Positions 16,516 to 25,252 of a stretch of DNA of 32,000 bases are shown piece by piece. The DNA lies in assembly GCA_019056805.1 (NCBI GenBank), contig DXJG01000002.1, positions 166,907-198,906 of the forward strand. Direction: 5' to 3'. This DNA is from Candidatus Baldrarchaeota archaeon (GTDB taxonomy: Archaea; Asgardarchaeota; Baldrarchaeia; Baldrarchaeales; DXJG01). A program made the translations under genes and the position numbers. How positions within the stretch are numbered: the stretch's first letter is position 1; every line of letters starts with the position of its first letter. The notes beneath the pieces were generated by a model. That model did not search any database, was not told where the DNA came from, and worked only from the letters and a program-made list of their open reading frames with translations.

Positions 16516-17043
16516 CTAATAGCCTCCAAAACTAGTTTCATATATAAACTTTGCAAGTTTGAAGAAAACATCATTAACATTCTCACCTGTTTTTGCACTG
16601 GTTCTGTGACAAGGTATCTTAAGCTGCTCTGCAAGCCTCTTTTCTTCAGCTACACTAACCTTACTTTTGTTTGCTAAGTCTATCTTATTTCCTACCAAAA
16701 GTAAAGGAATTTTTCCACAATACTTTTGAATTTCATTAAACCAGCTTTTTAAATTTTTAAAGCTGTCCTTGTTTGTTACATCATAAACTAAGAGTCCACC
16801 AGCAGCCCCCTTATAATAAAGAGGTCTTAATTTTCTAAAACGTTCTTGACCTCCTGTATCCCATATTTGCAATTTCACAGGTTTTCCTATGCCTAGATCT
16901 ACATGTTTTGTTGCTAAATCCACCCCTATAGTCATCTTATAATTTTCAATGAAATATCCATGAGCAAAACGAACTGTTAAGCTGGTTTTTCCAACACCAG
17001 CATCTCCAACAACAATAACCTTAAACAAATAAACTCCAGCCAT
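16516..17043 (-). CDS. Rab-like small GTPase
   Basis: G1 GDAGVGKT, G3 WDTGGQE, G4 NKID, G5 SAK. RabF-like motifs IGVDL, KLQIW, RFRKL, YYKGA and LVYDVT. No C-terminal Cys. Confidence 0.93.
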   Translation of the reverse strand: MAGVYLFKVIVVGDAGVGKTSLTVRFAHGYFIENYKMTIGVDLATKHVDLGIGKPVKLQIWDTGGQERFRKLRPLYYKGAAGGLLVYDVTNKDSFKNLKSWFNEIQKYCGKIPLLLVGNKIDLANKSKVSVAEEKRLAEQLKIPCHRTSAKTGENVNDVFFKLAKFIYETSFGGY

Positions 17044-17171
17044 TATGTAAACCTCTAATTTCCTAAAAATATTTCAACAGAACAATATAAAATTGTTTTT
17101 GATAAGTAAAGATTTTCACAAAATTTTTTATAATAACTTCATGAAAATATTAATGGTTAATATCTTTACGT

Positions 17172-18536
17172 CTAAGCAGCTTTGATGAATTTTTCCTCGT
17201 ACTTTCGTAGAAACTCAGAAGTTTCCTTGATATCCGAGAACAATTTTCGTACTCGTTCAATATCATCAATACTTACTTCCCTTCTGCCTTCTTCCTTTGC
17301 ATTCACAGCCGCTGGTGTGATCAGAAGAGATGCAAATCTCAAAGAACTTTCTACAGCAATGTCTGCTAGTTTTTCTAAAGCATCCTTGTTAAGTTCCACA
17401 CCTTCGGCTTTTGCTCTTATTTTTAAGATCTCTATTACTTCTTCTCGAGAATATGGCCTAGTACAGATGATTAGAAGTCTGTCTAAGAAGTCTAGCGGCA
17501 TTCCCATTGGAGATACATAGTCGGTTCCTCGTATTTTCGTTACTCCACGGTTTGTAGCTAAGATTATAATTGGTGCTAGTTCACTTTCCATCGCTCGTGT
17601 AAGAAATGAAAATGCTTCCAAATCTAAGAGACTTGCTTCATCAATGAATAACACTCCTGGGAGAATCTCTGCTTTTCCTTGTTCGACCCATTCTTTCACC
17701 ATCTCATCGACTTGTTCTCTGATTTCTGGGTCAATTTCTTTTTCTTCTCTTCCACCAAAGAACAAAGAAAGCAAAGTACCACTTGATCTCCTTGCTGTCA
17801 TTTCATCTAGGTCGTTTAAAGTGACTGTGTAAACAAATTCTTTTTCTTTTAATATTGGCCCTGATGGTACCGGAATTATACGTTCAGCTTCAATATCGTA
17901 AGTTTTTTCTCTTTCGGCACTGCGTCCAAGTCTGGTTACCCTTCCTGTTTCAGCATCTATCATTATTATATCACCTTCTGAGATTCCCTGATTTATTAGT
18001 TGCATTGCTACACTTTGTCCTACTTCAAAGGTCTTTGTTTCACTTTTTGTTCTTAATGTAATCCTAGCTGATTCTGGTATTTGCATATAGGGATTGTAGG
18101 GGTTCCTAGTCATTTTTATATTCAGACTTTTCACTTCTCCTTCGTAGATTTTTCTTAGTTCATGTATTCTGATTCCAATGGATTTTCGCATAGCGCTCAT
18201 AAGAATTTCTGTCTTTTTCTTCTCTTCACTATAAATTTCACTGCCAGCAATCATTACAAAGGGTACATCTTCACCTAACTCTTTTGCAATCGCGATGGCA
18301 ATTGCAGTTTTACCTGTCCCAGGTGGCCCGGCTAGAAGAACAGCTCTTCCAGCCATTTTTCCTTCTTTAATCATATTAACTATTATACCAGCCGCTTCTC
18401 TTGCTTCAGTTTGTCCTACCATTCCATCTGCAATAAGTTCAGCTTTTAAATTTTTTAATCCGAGGCCTTTAATATGGCTATGGGCACCAATTCTTTCAAA
18501 TCTGCCTGGTCCACGAACTTCCCGAATTTCCGTCAC
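17172..18536 (-). CDS. RuvB-like AAA+ ATPase TIP49 (RuvBL1/2 homolog)
   Basis: RIGAHSHIKGLGL, GMVGQ.EAREAAG, Walker A GPPGTGKT, GSEIYS, PGVLFIDE, ATNRG and DFLDRL. Confidence 0.95.
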   Translation of the reverse strand: MTEIREVRGPGRFERIGAHSHIKGLGLKNLKAELIADGMVGQTEAREAAGIIVNMIKEGKMAGRAVLLAGPPGTGKTAIAIAIAKELGEDVPFVMIAGSEIYSEEKKKTEILMSAMRKSIGIRIHELRKIYEGEVKSLNIKMTRNPYNPYMQIPESARITLRTKSETKTFEVGQSVAMQLINQGISEGDIIMIDAETGRVTRLGRSAEREKTYDIEAERIIPVPSGPILKEKEFVYTVTLNDLDEMTARRSSGTLLSLFFGGREEKEIDPEIREQVDEMVKEWVEQGKAEILPGVLFIDEASLLDLEAFSFLTRAMESELAPIIILATNRGVTKIRGTDYVSPMGMPLDFLDRLLIICTRPYSREEVIEILKIRAKAEGVELNKDALEKLADIAVESSLRFASLLITPAAVNAKEEGRREVSIDDIERVRKLFSDIKETSEFLRKYEEKFIKAA

Positions 18537-18870
18537 CCCACAACCCTCCCTTTTACTCAGTATTCAGTATTAAATTAAATATTTAAAATTTAAAGTTCAC
18601 GCTAAGGTTATGGTTTTTTTAAAGATTAAAATTTATATTGATTTCTTTGCATCCTTTTTTACTGGAAATAAAAATTTATATTGAAATGTTTTTAAAATGT
18701 CGGGATTTAAAATCATATTAACGTTTATTTTTGAAGCTGATGATTTTTCTAATAACATTGTGATAATTACAAAAATCGATGTAGATATCTTAAAAATTAA
18801 TTTAATAAAACCGTGGTTTTTAATTTTTTTCTAAAGCAAAACTTAAATCTATATGTAGTTACATATATAC

Positions 18871-19012
18871 GCGATATGCGGATAGTATGGAGGAAGGAGA
18901 TAAAAGGGTGAGAGGCTCCGTCAACGTGTGAGTAGGTCTCCCCCCTCCTCCCCCTCGCCACTGATATCACGCATTTGTGGCGTGTTTCTGTTTTTTGACG
19001 GGGCCCGCCAAA
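18871..19012 (+). ncRNA. structured RNA (5' leader or stand-alone) with pseudoknot or alternative pairings
   Basis: Stems 18889-18900/18937-18950, 18914-18924/18995-19005 (11 bp, 1 G.U) and 18956-18961/18977-18982. TTAAAT lies at 18843-18848. Confidence 0.55.
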
Positions 19013-19065
19013 CTTTAATTTACTACTTTTAACATTTTTATCACAATAATTCGGAGGTTCTGATC

Positions 19066-19959
19066 GTGTATCATCACATGCTTATAGGTACAAATATAGA
19101 ACCAGAAGTTTCGCGGATAGAAAACGGGTTATCTTTACATTTTTATAAGTTAGGGGAGGGGAAACCAAGGATTTTTATTACAAGCGGGATTCATGGAGAT
19201 GAACAAACGGGGGTGTATGTGGCAGAGGATCTTCTTCAAAGGCTTGGTAAAATGGAACTCTTTGGTAGTATCACCATTCTTCCAGTTGCGAATCCTCCCG
19301 CTTTTAGATGTAAAACTCGAATTTCACCATTAGACGGTCTAGATTTGAACCGAGTGTTTCCAGGAAATAGTGAAGGTACTGTTACAGAACGCTTAGCTGC
19401 GGAAATATGGGAACAAGCAAGACAAGCAGATTATATAATAGATTTGCACTGCTGCGAGTATGATTGCGTGCCTTACGTATTAGCTTTACATAGAGAATTC
19501 AGTTATGTTAGGACATTTTCTTATAAGCTTGGAATACCTCACATTATCGAATCGACTGGGTTACGTGGACAATTATTTGTTGAGGCAAGTCATGAAGGTA
19601 TTCCAGCAGTAATAATAGAAATGAGAGGAAGTAGATATATTGATTTACAGTCAGCAGTTCAAGTCAGAGAGGTACTCCTAAATTTTCTTACGACATTAGG
19701 TCTAGTTCAAGGTCGTGCATTAGAAAGTAAGTCGGAATTTTATGGAAGAATAACGGAAATAAAGTCACCTGCAAACGGTGTATTTATACCAAAACTTTTG
19801 TGTGGAGCTGAGGTAAACGAGGAAACTTTGCTTGGAGAAATAAGGGGAGGTAGCAAGATACACTCTCCAATTAGTGGATTACTAGTTTACATTGAAAAAC
19901 CAGCATATGTATTTAAAGGCGATAAAGTTGCGGGAGTAGCAGCAAAACTAAAATATTAA
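19066..19959 (+). CDS. succinylglutamate desuccinylase/aspartoacylase family (M14) metallo-hydrolase
   Basis: Zn-binding motifs GIHGDE, DLNRVFPG and DLH, plus a C-terminal biotinyl-like hairpin domain. GGAGG SD upstream. Confidence 0.9.
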   Translation: MYHHMLIGTNIEPEVSRIENGLSLHFYKLGEGKPRIFITSGIHGDEQTGVYVAEDLLQRLGKMELFGSITILPVANPPAFRCKTRISPLDGLDLNRVFPGNSEGTVTERLAAEIWEQARQADYIIDLHCCEYDCVPYVLALHREFSYVRTFSYKLGIPHIIESTGLRGQLFVEASHEGIPAVIIEMRGSRYIDLQSAVQVREVLLNFLTTLGLVQGRALESKSEFYGRITEIKSPANGVFIPKLLCGAEVNEETLLGEIRGGSKIHSPISGLLVYIEKPAYVFKGDKVAGVAAKLKY

Positions 19960-19962
19960 TCA

Positions 19963-20214
19963 CTATGAGCTGGATAACACCATTAGCCATTTAATTACTA
20001 TGATTATGGATATTACAAAAGATGAGACTCTTAATAAAATGGCAACAATTGGATTATTAGATAAGACCGAAGAAAACTTTATCATCAGGAAGAAAGAGAC
20101 AAAAAATGGTATACATGAAATAAATAGACTAACAGCATCATTTGAGACAGCTATTAAGAAAGCATCAAGAAACCAAATAAGCAGTACTATAAAAACAATT
20201 GTAAGTAAATTCAT
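19963..20214 (-). CDS. small 3-TM membrane protein
   Basis: Three hydrophobic segments. ATG at 20214 with GAGG upstream. Confidence 0.5.
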   Translation of the reverse strand: MNLLTIVFIVLLIWFLDAFLIAVSNDAVSLFISCIPFFVSFFLMIKFSSVLSNNPIVAILLRVSSFVISIIIVIKWLMVLSSS

Positions 20215-20473
20215 GTCTATCTTCCTCAATAATTTAGTATCGAAGCTAGGTATATAAAGAAAACATAATTCACAAAATCTAAATCTGAAGTTTTTATATC
20301 ACGAAGTTAATAAGGCTAATGAATAAGCCACCAATTATAATTGATGGACAAAATATATTTAGTTCACGCGAGTTATGTAGAGTAAATGTTAGATATCGGG
20401 TGTTGCAGAAATTTATCCCTTAAATACATTAAATCGGAAATTTATTTAACTATTTATTGGAAGTGACTCAAAA

Positions 20474-21577
20474 TTGTTTAAAATATGGATCGATGTTCTT
20501 ACACCTAAACAACTGTTATTTTTCACAAAAATTTCCGAAAAATTGAAAAATGAAGGTTTAGAAACACTTCTAACTTCGAGAGACTATCAAGAAGTTAACG
20601 ACCTAATAAAACAGAAAAACCTAAATATTCCCGCTATCGGTAAACATGGAGGCTATAGACTTAAAGATAAACTACTAGCAAGTACTGAAAGAATTCTACT
20701 CCTAACCCAATACGTAGATAAAATGCAGCCAGACGCAGCCTTATCTTTTTCCTCGCCAGAAGCAGCACGAGTAGCATATGGACTTAACATACCACATATA
20801 TGCATAAACGATTCACCCCACTCCGAAGCTGTTGCTCGACTAACAATACCATTGTCTAAATTACTTTTCACACCAAAAATAATCCCAAAAAAAGTCTGGA
20901 GAAAATTTGGAATATCTGAACAATATATTATACAATACCGAGCTCTAGACCCAATTGTTTGGCTTAAAGACTTCAAACCAGATATTAAGGTAATAAAAGA
21001 GTTAAAGTTAAACCTAGACCAGCCAATTGTAGTAATAAGACCAGCAGAAACCTATGCAGCCTACCTCAGGGATCAAATATCTGATATTTGTCCAATTACA
21101 GCGAAAATAACACAAAAATTATTAAAAATCTTGAATAGCGATGTTCAAATCGTAATTGTTCCAAGATATAAGGAACAAAGAAAAATGTTAAAGACAAAAT
21201 TTATGGAAAATGTTATAATTCCAGAACATGCCATTGATACAATCAGCTTGCTGTATTATTCCAGCTTACTTATAGGGGCAGGAGGTACAATGAATGCAGA
21301 AGCAGCTCTCTTGGGAAGGCCGGTTATTTCATGTTTTCCCGGAGAAACCACACTTGTTGAACGGTATTTAATAAATAGAAAACTTGTATATAGAGTAAAA
21401 AGTCCAGAAGAAGCAGTAAAATTAGCGTTAAATATTTTGCAAAATGTAGAAAAATTTTTAAACATTCACAAGGAACGAGCACTTAAAATATTGAGCAATA
21501 TGGAAAACCCAGCTGAAGTTATTTCAAAAAAGCTGAAAAGTTATCTAAATAAATATTACAGGACAAGGAGAAGATGA
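20474..21577 (+). CDS. DUF354 family glycosyltransferase-B-like protein
   Basis: Motifs IWIDVLTPKQ, IGKHGG, SPEAARVAYGL, NDSPH and GAGGTMNAEAALLG.P.IS. Confidence 0.88.
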   Translation: MFKIWIDVLTPKQLLFFTKISEKLKNEGLETLLTSRDYQEVNDLIKQKNLNIPAIGKHGGYRLKDKLLASTERILLLTQYVDKMQPDAALSFSSPEAARVAYGLNIPHICINDSPHSEAVARLTIPLSKLLFTPKIIPKKVWRKFGISEQYIIQYRALDPIVWLKDFKPDIKVIKELKLNLDQPIVVIRPAETYAAYLRDQISDICPITAKITQKLLKILNSDVQIVIVPRYKEQRKMLKTKFMENVIIPEHAIDTISLLYYSSLLIGAGGTMNAEAALLGRPVISCFPGETTLVERYLINRKLVYRVKSPEEAVKLALNILQNVEKFLNIHKERALKILSNMENPAEVISKKLKSYLNKYYRTRRR

Positions 21578-21580
21578 ATA

Positions 21581-22585
21581 ATGGTATCATTTTCCGATGT
21601 AATATATGCGGTACTGGGATTTACTGTCTCTTTCGTCGTAACTTTTATCCTAGTACCATTACTAATTCGCAAATTCAAAGAAAAAGGAATAGTAGGAACA
21701 GATATTCATAAATCTGAAAAACCAGAAATACCCGAAATGGGTGGATTAAGTATTTTAATTTCTACTATCATCGCTGGCATCCTGCTTTCTGCATTATACA
21801 GAGAGTTAGCAAATATTTTTATCGTATTTTTAATAGTTGTTGTCGCTGTGGGAATAATTGGAGCAATAGACGATATTAGACCTCTAAATCCGAAATTAAA
21901 ACCGATTTTAACAGCTCTAGCAGGATTACCAATAATACTTCTTGGAACATATGTTCCAAGACCTGTGCTTCCTATAATAGGGAAAACAAGATTAACTATC
22001 GTATATCCACTACTCATTCTTGCAAGCTTTGCTGTATCAACTAATGCTGTTAACATGTTAGATATATTCAATGGTGCTATGGCTGGTACTTGTGGTATAC
22101 TCTTTCTTGCACTGCTAATAGCATCGATTATTTTAGGTTCTGAAGCTGGACTTATACTATCCGCTATAATGCTCGGTTCTTTAATTGCCTTTTACTATTA
22201 CAACAAATATCCGGCCAAAATATTTTCTGGAGATGTAGGATCTCTTGCAGTAGGTGCTGCAATAGCTGCAACTGCAATAATTGGAAGACTTGAGATAATA
22301 ACGATAGTTGCAATGATGCCTCATATTATGAATGGGTTTCATAGCTTAGCAAGTATTGGTGGGCTTTTAGAAAGAAGACAAATAAAGGCAAGACCTACAA
22401 AAATACTTTCAGATGGAAGACTTGTAGCCAATGAAGATCCTAAAGCTCCAATAACGCTTGCCAGGCTAATATTAGCAGGAGGCCCTCTCTATGAATATGA
22501 AATAGTGAAAGTGCTTTTCCTGCTGTCAGCATATAGCGGACTACTTGCTATAATCACCGCACTAATAATTGCATGGGGGTTATAA
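21581..22585 (+). CDS. UDP-GlcNAc:dolichyl-phosphate GlcNAc-1-P transferase (AglH/GPT/MraY family 4)
   Basis: Motifs G.DIHK...IPEMGG, GAIDD, NAVNMLDIFNG and PAKIFSGDVGS. Confidence 0.92.
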   Translation: MVSFSDVIYAVLGFTVSFVVTFILVPLLIRKFKEKGIVGTDIHKSEKPEIPEMGGLSILISTIIAGILLSALYRELANIFIVFLIVVVAVGIIGAIDDIRPLNPKLKPILTALAGLPIILLGTYVPRPVLPIIGKTRLTIVYPLLILASFAVSTNAVNMLDIFNGAMAGTCGILFLALLIASIILGSEAGLILSAIMLGSLIAFYYYNKYPAKIFSGDVGSLAVGAAIAATAIIGRLEIITIVAMMPHIMNGFHSLASIGGLLERRQIKARPTKILSDGRLVANEDPKAPITLARLILAGGPLYEYEIVKVLFLLSAYSGLLAIITALIIAWGL

Positions 22586-22589
22586 ACAC

Positions 22590-22847
22590 TTGAACAATAA
22601 ACATATACTCAATATTCTTGGTATAATGACCTTAGTATGGGTTACAATGTTAATAGGGCTTGTTATTATCTGGAAATTTATTGTCCCATTATCTTATCCT
22701 TCAAATTCTTACCTTATTACATTTTTAATTAGCACTTTCAAAGTTGGAGTTTCTGGTATCTTAGCTTTTATATGGCTCTATCTCTGGAACAAACTTGTAA
22801 AAACATATTTCTGGAAAACACTACGAGGTAACCGTGACAATGAATAA
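22590..22847 (+). CDS. small 2-TM membrane protein
   Basis: Two hydrophobic helices with a basic/aromatic tail. TTG 22590 sits behind GGGGGT; the gene is packed within the operon. Confidence 0.6.
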   Translation: MNNKHILNILGIMTLVWVTMLIGLVIIWKFIVPLSYPSNSYLITFLISTFKVGVSGILAFIWLYLWNKLVKTYFWKTLRGNRDNE

Positions 22848-23517
22848 AGAAAATGAAGGTAGCAATGAAATGAAATCTTACGAATCGAAGTCAATAAGTA
22901 TAAAACTACCGTCAAATTATCCAGAAATCGATCTAAAAGACGTTTTCATAGCTTCATATATTGCTGTTACAAAATTTAATGCAAAAATATTAAAAATAAA
23001 CGAAACAATCAGAAAAGATAATTTAATATCTGGAGAATTACTTTTTAAAATCCCCAAAAATGAAGACATCCTTATAAATATACTGCTCGACGGAACATCT
23101 AAACAACTAATAATAACATGTCAATACGAAAAAACAAATGAAATTGATAACTTGATCCGCGACATTGAGAACAACATATCTTTTCTTGTAGAAAAGTTTT
23201 CAAAACTAAGTGAAGAAGAAAGAACAAAAATAAGAAGAGTAGTTAAAGTATTGAAAGAAATAGATAGAACATCTTTGTCGATCCTAAGCCAAGAAGATGT
23301 TGAAAAAATATACTTTTTACTTTCATTGTTGCGAGAGAGAATATGCGAATATACAAAAAACCTAATAGAAATATCCCTTAAAACAGAGCGGTGGTTAAAA
23401 ATCCTTAATAACCTTAGGACAGAACCTAATACGAAACTCGATAACGATACAGCTAAAAAACTTCTATCAGAATTATCTCATTGGAAAGAAAAGATATGTG
23501 AGAGAATAAAAATATAA
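22840..23517 (+). CDS. hypothetical protein with possible Vps28 C-terminal-like four-helix bundle
   Basis: By-eye similarity of the C-terminal ~95 aa (..IYFLLSLL..ERWLKILNNL..KLDNDTAKKLLSEL) to recalled Vps28-C sequences. Confidence 0.5.
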   Translation: MNKENEGSNEMKSYESKSISIKLPSNYPEIDLKDVFIASYIAVTKFNAKILKINETIRKDNLISGELLFKIPKNEDILINILLDGTSKQLIITCQYEKTNEIDNLIRDIENNISFLVEKFSKLSEEERTKIRRVVKVLKEIDRTSLSILSQEDVEKIYFLLSLLRERICEYTKNLIEISLKTERWLKILNNLRTEPNTKLDNDTAKKLLSELSHWKEKICERIKI

Positions 23518-23531
23518 AGGTGGCAGGCAAA

Positions 23532-23765
23532 ATGGGAAAAGTAAAAAAGGGAGTTAATTGCAGTGTAGCAGGATGTAGCGATCGCGCGATTCAATCGATA
23601 TCCATAGATAAAGTCCAAGAAGCGGCCCAATCTATGGGATTAAAATTCGACACCAAAAAATCAAGAAGAATTTACCTGTGTGAAAAACATTACAAAGAAG
23701 TTAAAAAATATCTTAAAAAAACTAAAAAACTAGAAAAATGGAAACACGGCCTACCATTTACCTAA
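23532..23765 (+). CDS. small C2CH zinc-binding protein
   Basis: CSVAGC ... RRIYLCEKHY with a very basic tail. Confidence 0.7.
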   Translation: MGKVKKGVNCSVAGCSDRAIQSISIDKVQEAAQSMGLKFDTKKSRRIYLCEKHYKEVKKYLKKTKKLEKWKHGLPFT

Positions 23766-23913
23766 TAAAACTAAAAGATATACCAGCCAAAATACGATCC
23801 ATATGATCCTGAACTGTTTCCCAGATAATTTCTAATTCACCAGCAGTTAACCCAATACCGATAAGTGACAACGCAATTGAGATGAATATCAAAGCAATAA
23901 TTTTATCACGCAT
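23758..23913 (-). CDS. small single-TM protein, 51 aa (absent from ORF track)
   Basis: Hand translation: MRDKIIALIFISIALSLIGIGLTAGELEIIWETVQDHMDRILAGISFSFIR*. AGGGTG SD upstream. Confidence 0.55.
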   Translation of the reverse strand: MRDKIIALIFISIALSLIGIGLTAGELEIIWETVQDHMDRILAGISFSFIR

Positions 23914-24027
23914 TTTGTAACACCCTTAAGTTTGCTATGGATATATAAAAGTGATAAATTTAAAATTTATGTATCACCGGTAGTAAACCGTAAAATTTAT
24001 TCCAATGCAACTGTATAGTTAAATTAC

Positions 24028-24099
24028 GCCCGATGACATTGCTCGGCCAGCCTGATGAAGCAGACTAGCTCATGATGAACCTACGCAGGCAGGAAGGGC
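24028..24099 (+). ncRNA. box C/D-like sRNA candidate
   Basis: Terminal GCCC/GGGC stem, C-like GATGA 24032-24036, D' CTGA 24052-24055 and perfect C' ATGATGA 24072-24078. The terminal D box is degenerate (AGGA). Confidence 0.5.
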
Positions 24100-24272
24100 A
24101 TAATTTTTTCTATCCTAATCATTTAATCTTCATACTATATATGTTAGTGAGCAATCAGCATAAATAATATTTTCATTTATTGTCCGCACAAAAGATTTAG
24201 CAAAAAAGATAAAAATAGAACCTTTATTTGATATCAACAAGTATTAAAAAATCGAGTTATGGGAGGAGAAAA

Positions 24273-25211
24273 ATGCAAATTACGGACTTATTACTGGGAC
24301 CATCGATTTGGGTAATAGCCTTCCTTCTACTCATACTAGTGGTTATAGTCCTTTCATGCATACGAGTACTAGCGGAATATGAAAGGGGAGTAATATTCAG
24401 ACTTGGAAGAGCATTACCTGGAGTAAAAGGTCCCGGAATTATATTTCTAATACCTATAATTGACAGATTAGTTAAAGTAGACCTAAGAGAACACTTCTTT
24501 GAAATACCAAGACAAAGATGTATAACCAAAGATAACGCCCCTGTAGACATAGATGTTTTGATCTATTATAAAGTAGTTAACGCGCGAGATTCGGTAATCA
24601 AAGTTAAAGACTTTAAAGGTGCATCCGTTGGAATCGCGCAAACAACACTAAGAGCTGTCGTTGGAGACATTGTTTTAGATGACGTGTTAGCCAAAAGAGA
24701 ATACATAAACACGGTGCTCAGAGACAAACTTGACGAGGCTACAGAAAGATGGGGAGTAAAAGTTACAACAGTAGAAATTAGAGAAATAGATCCCCCAAGA
24801 CAAGTCCAAGACGCGATGATTAAACAGATGGAAGCAGAAAGAATTAGAAGAGCAATGGTTACGGAAGCAGACGGTAAAAGGGAAGCATCGATAAAGGTTG
24901 CTGAAGGTGAAAAACAGGCAGCCATACTAAAAGCAGAAGGTAAACGAAGAGCAATGATTTTAGAAGCTGAAGGTGAAAGACAAGCAGCAATCTTAAAAGC
25001 AGAAGGTTACTCTGCCGCTCTTAATAAAATCTATTCTGTTGCAAAGAACCTTGACTATAAAACAATGGCACTGCAATACCTAGAAACATTGAAATCTCTT
25101 GGAGCAAGCCCATCAACTAAGTTTATATTCCCAGCAGAGTTCATGCAATTAATTGCTCCAATAAGAGAATTCCTAGGCGGGGTTTCGAAGTCTTCAAGTG
25201 ACAAAGAGTAA
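24273..25211 (+). CDS. SPFH/Band 7 (stomatin/paraslipin-like) membrane protein
   Basis: N-terminal TM, YERGVIFRLG, ITKDN, QTTLRAVVG, WGVKVT.VEIREI and AER.RRA. ATG 24273 sits behind GGAGGAG. Confidence 0.95.
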   Translation: MQITDLLLGPSIWVIAFLLLILVVIVLSCIRVLAEYERGVIFRLGRALPGVKGPGIIFLIPIIDRLVKVDLREHFFEIPRQRCITKDNAPVDIDVLIYYKVVNARDSVIKVKDFKGASVGIAQTTLRAVVGDIVLDDVLAKREYINTVLRDKLDEATERWGVKVTTVEIREIDPPRQVQDAMIKQMEAERIRRAMVTEADGKREASIKVAEGEKQAAILKAEGKRRAMILEAEGERQAAILKAEGYSAALNKIYSVAKNLDYKTMALQYLETLKSLGASPSTKFIFPAEFMQLIAPIREFLGGVSKSSSDKE

Positions 25212-25252
25212 ACTACCCTACTACGAAGTTAAAGAAGATACAATAAATAATT

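Noticed and set aside
18540-18870. Very AT-rich 330-bp spacer with a TTCCAGT word (minus strand, about 18661-18667) as a replication origin
   Set aside because: Only a partial ORB-like word, no G-string, no repeats and no cdc6/orc1 nearby. More likely a divergent promoter region.
18889-19005. HDV-like ribozyme or RNase P call for the 18.9-kb element
   Set aside because: It lacks the P3/L3/P1.1 and catalytic C-R-A joiner of HDV ribozymes, and is far too short for RNase P and missing its conserved regions.
24037-24050. 9-nt complementarity between the C/D-like guide and the 13.7-kb K-turn strand (TGGCCGAGC, 13723-13731)
   Set aside because: A match this short is expected by chance among GC-rich segments, and the site is buried in a stem.
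24052-24080. Hammerhead ribozyme (CTGATGA core)
   Set aside because: No GAAA after stem II and no stem III/NUH site.
24880-25010. Repeated QAAILKAEG units in the SPFH gene
   Set aside because: These are the ordinary coiled-coil repeats of SPFH/paraslipin proteins.
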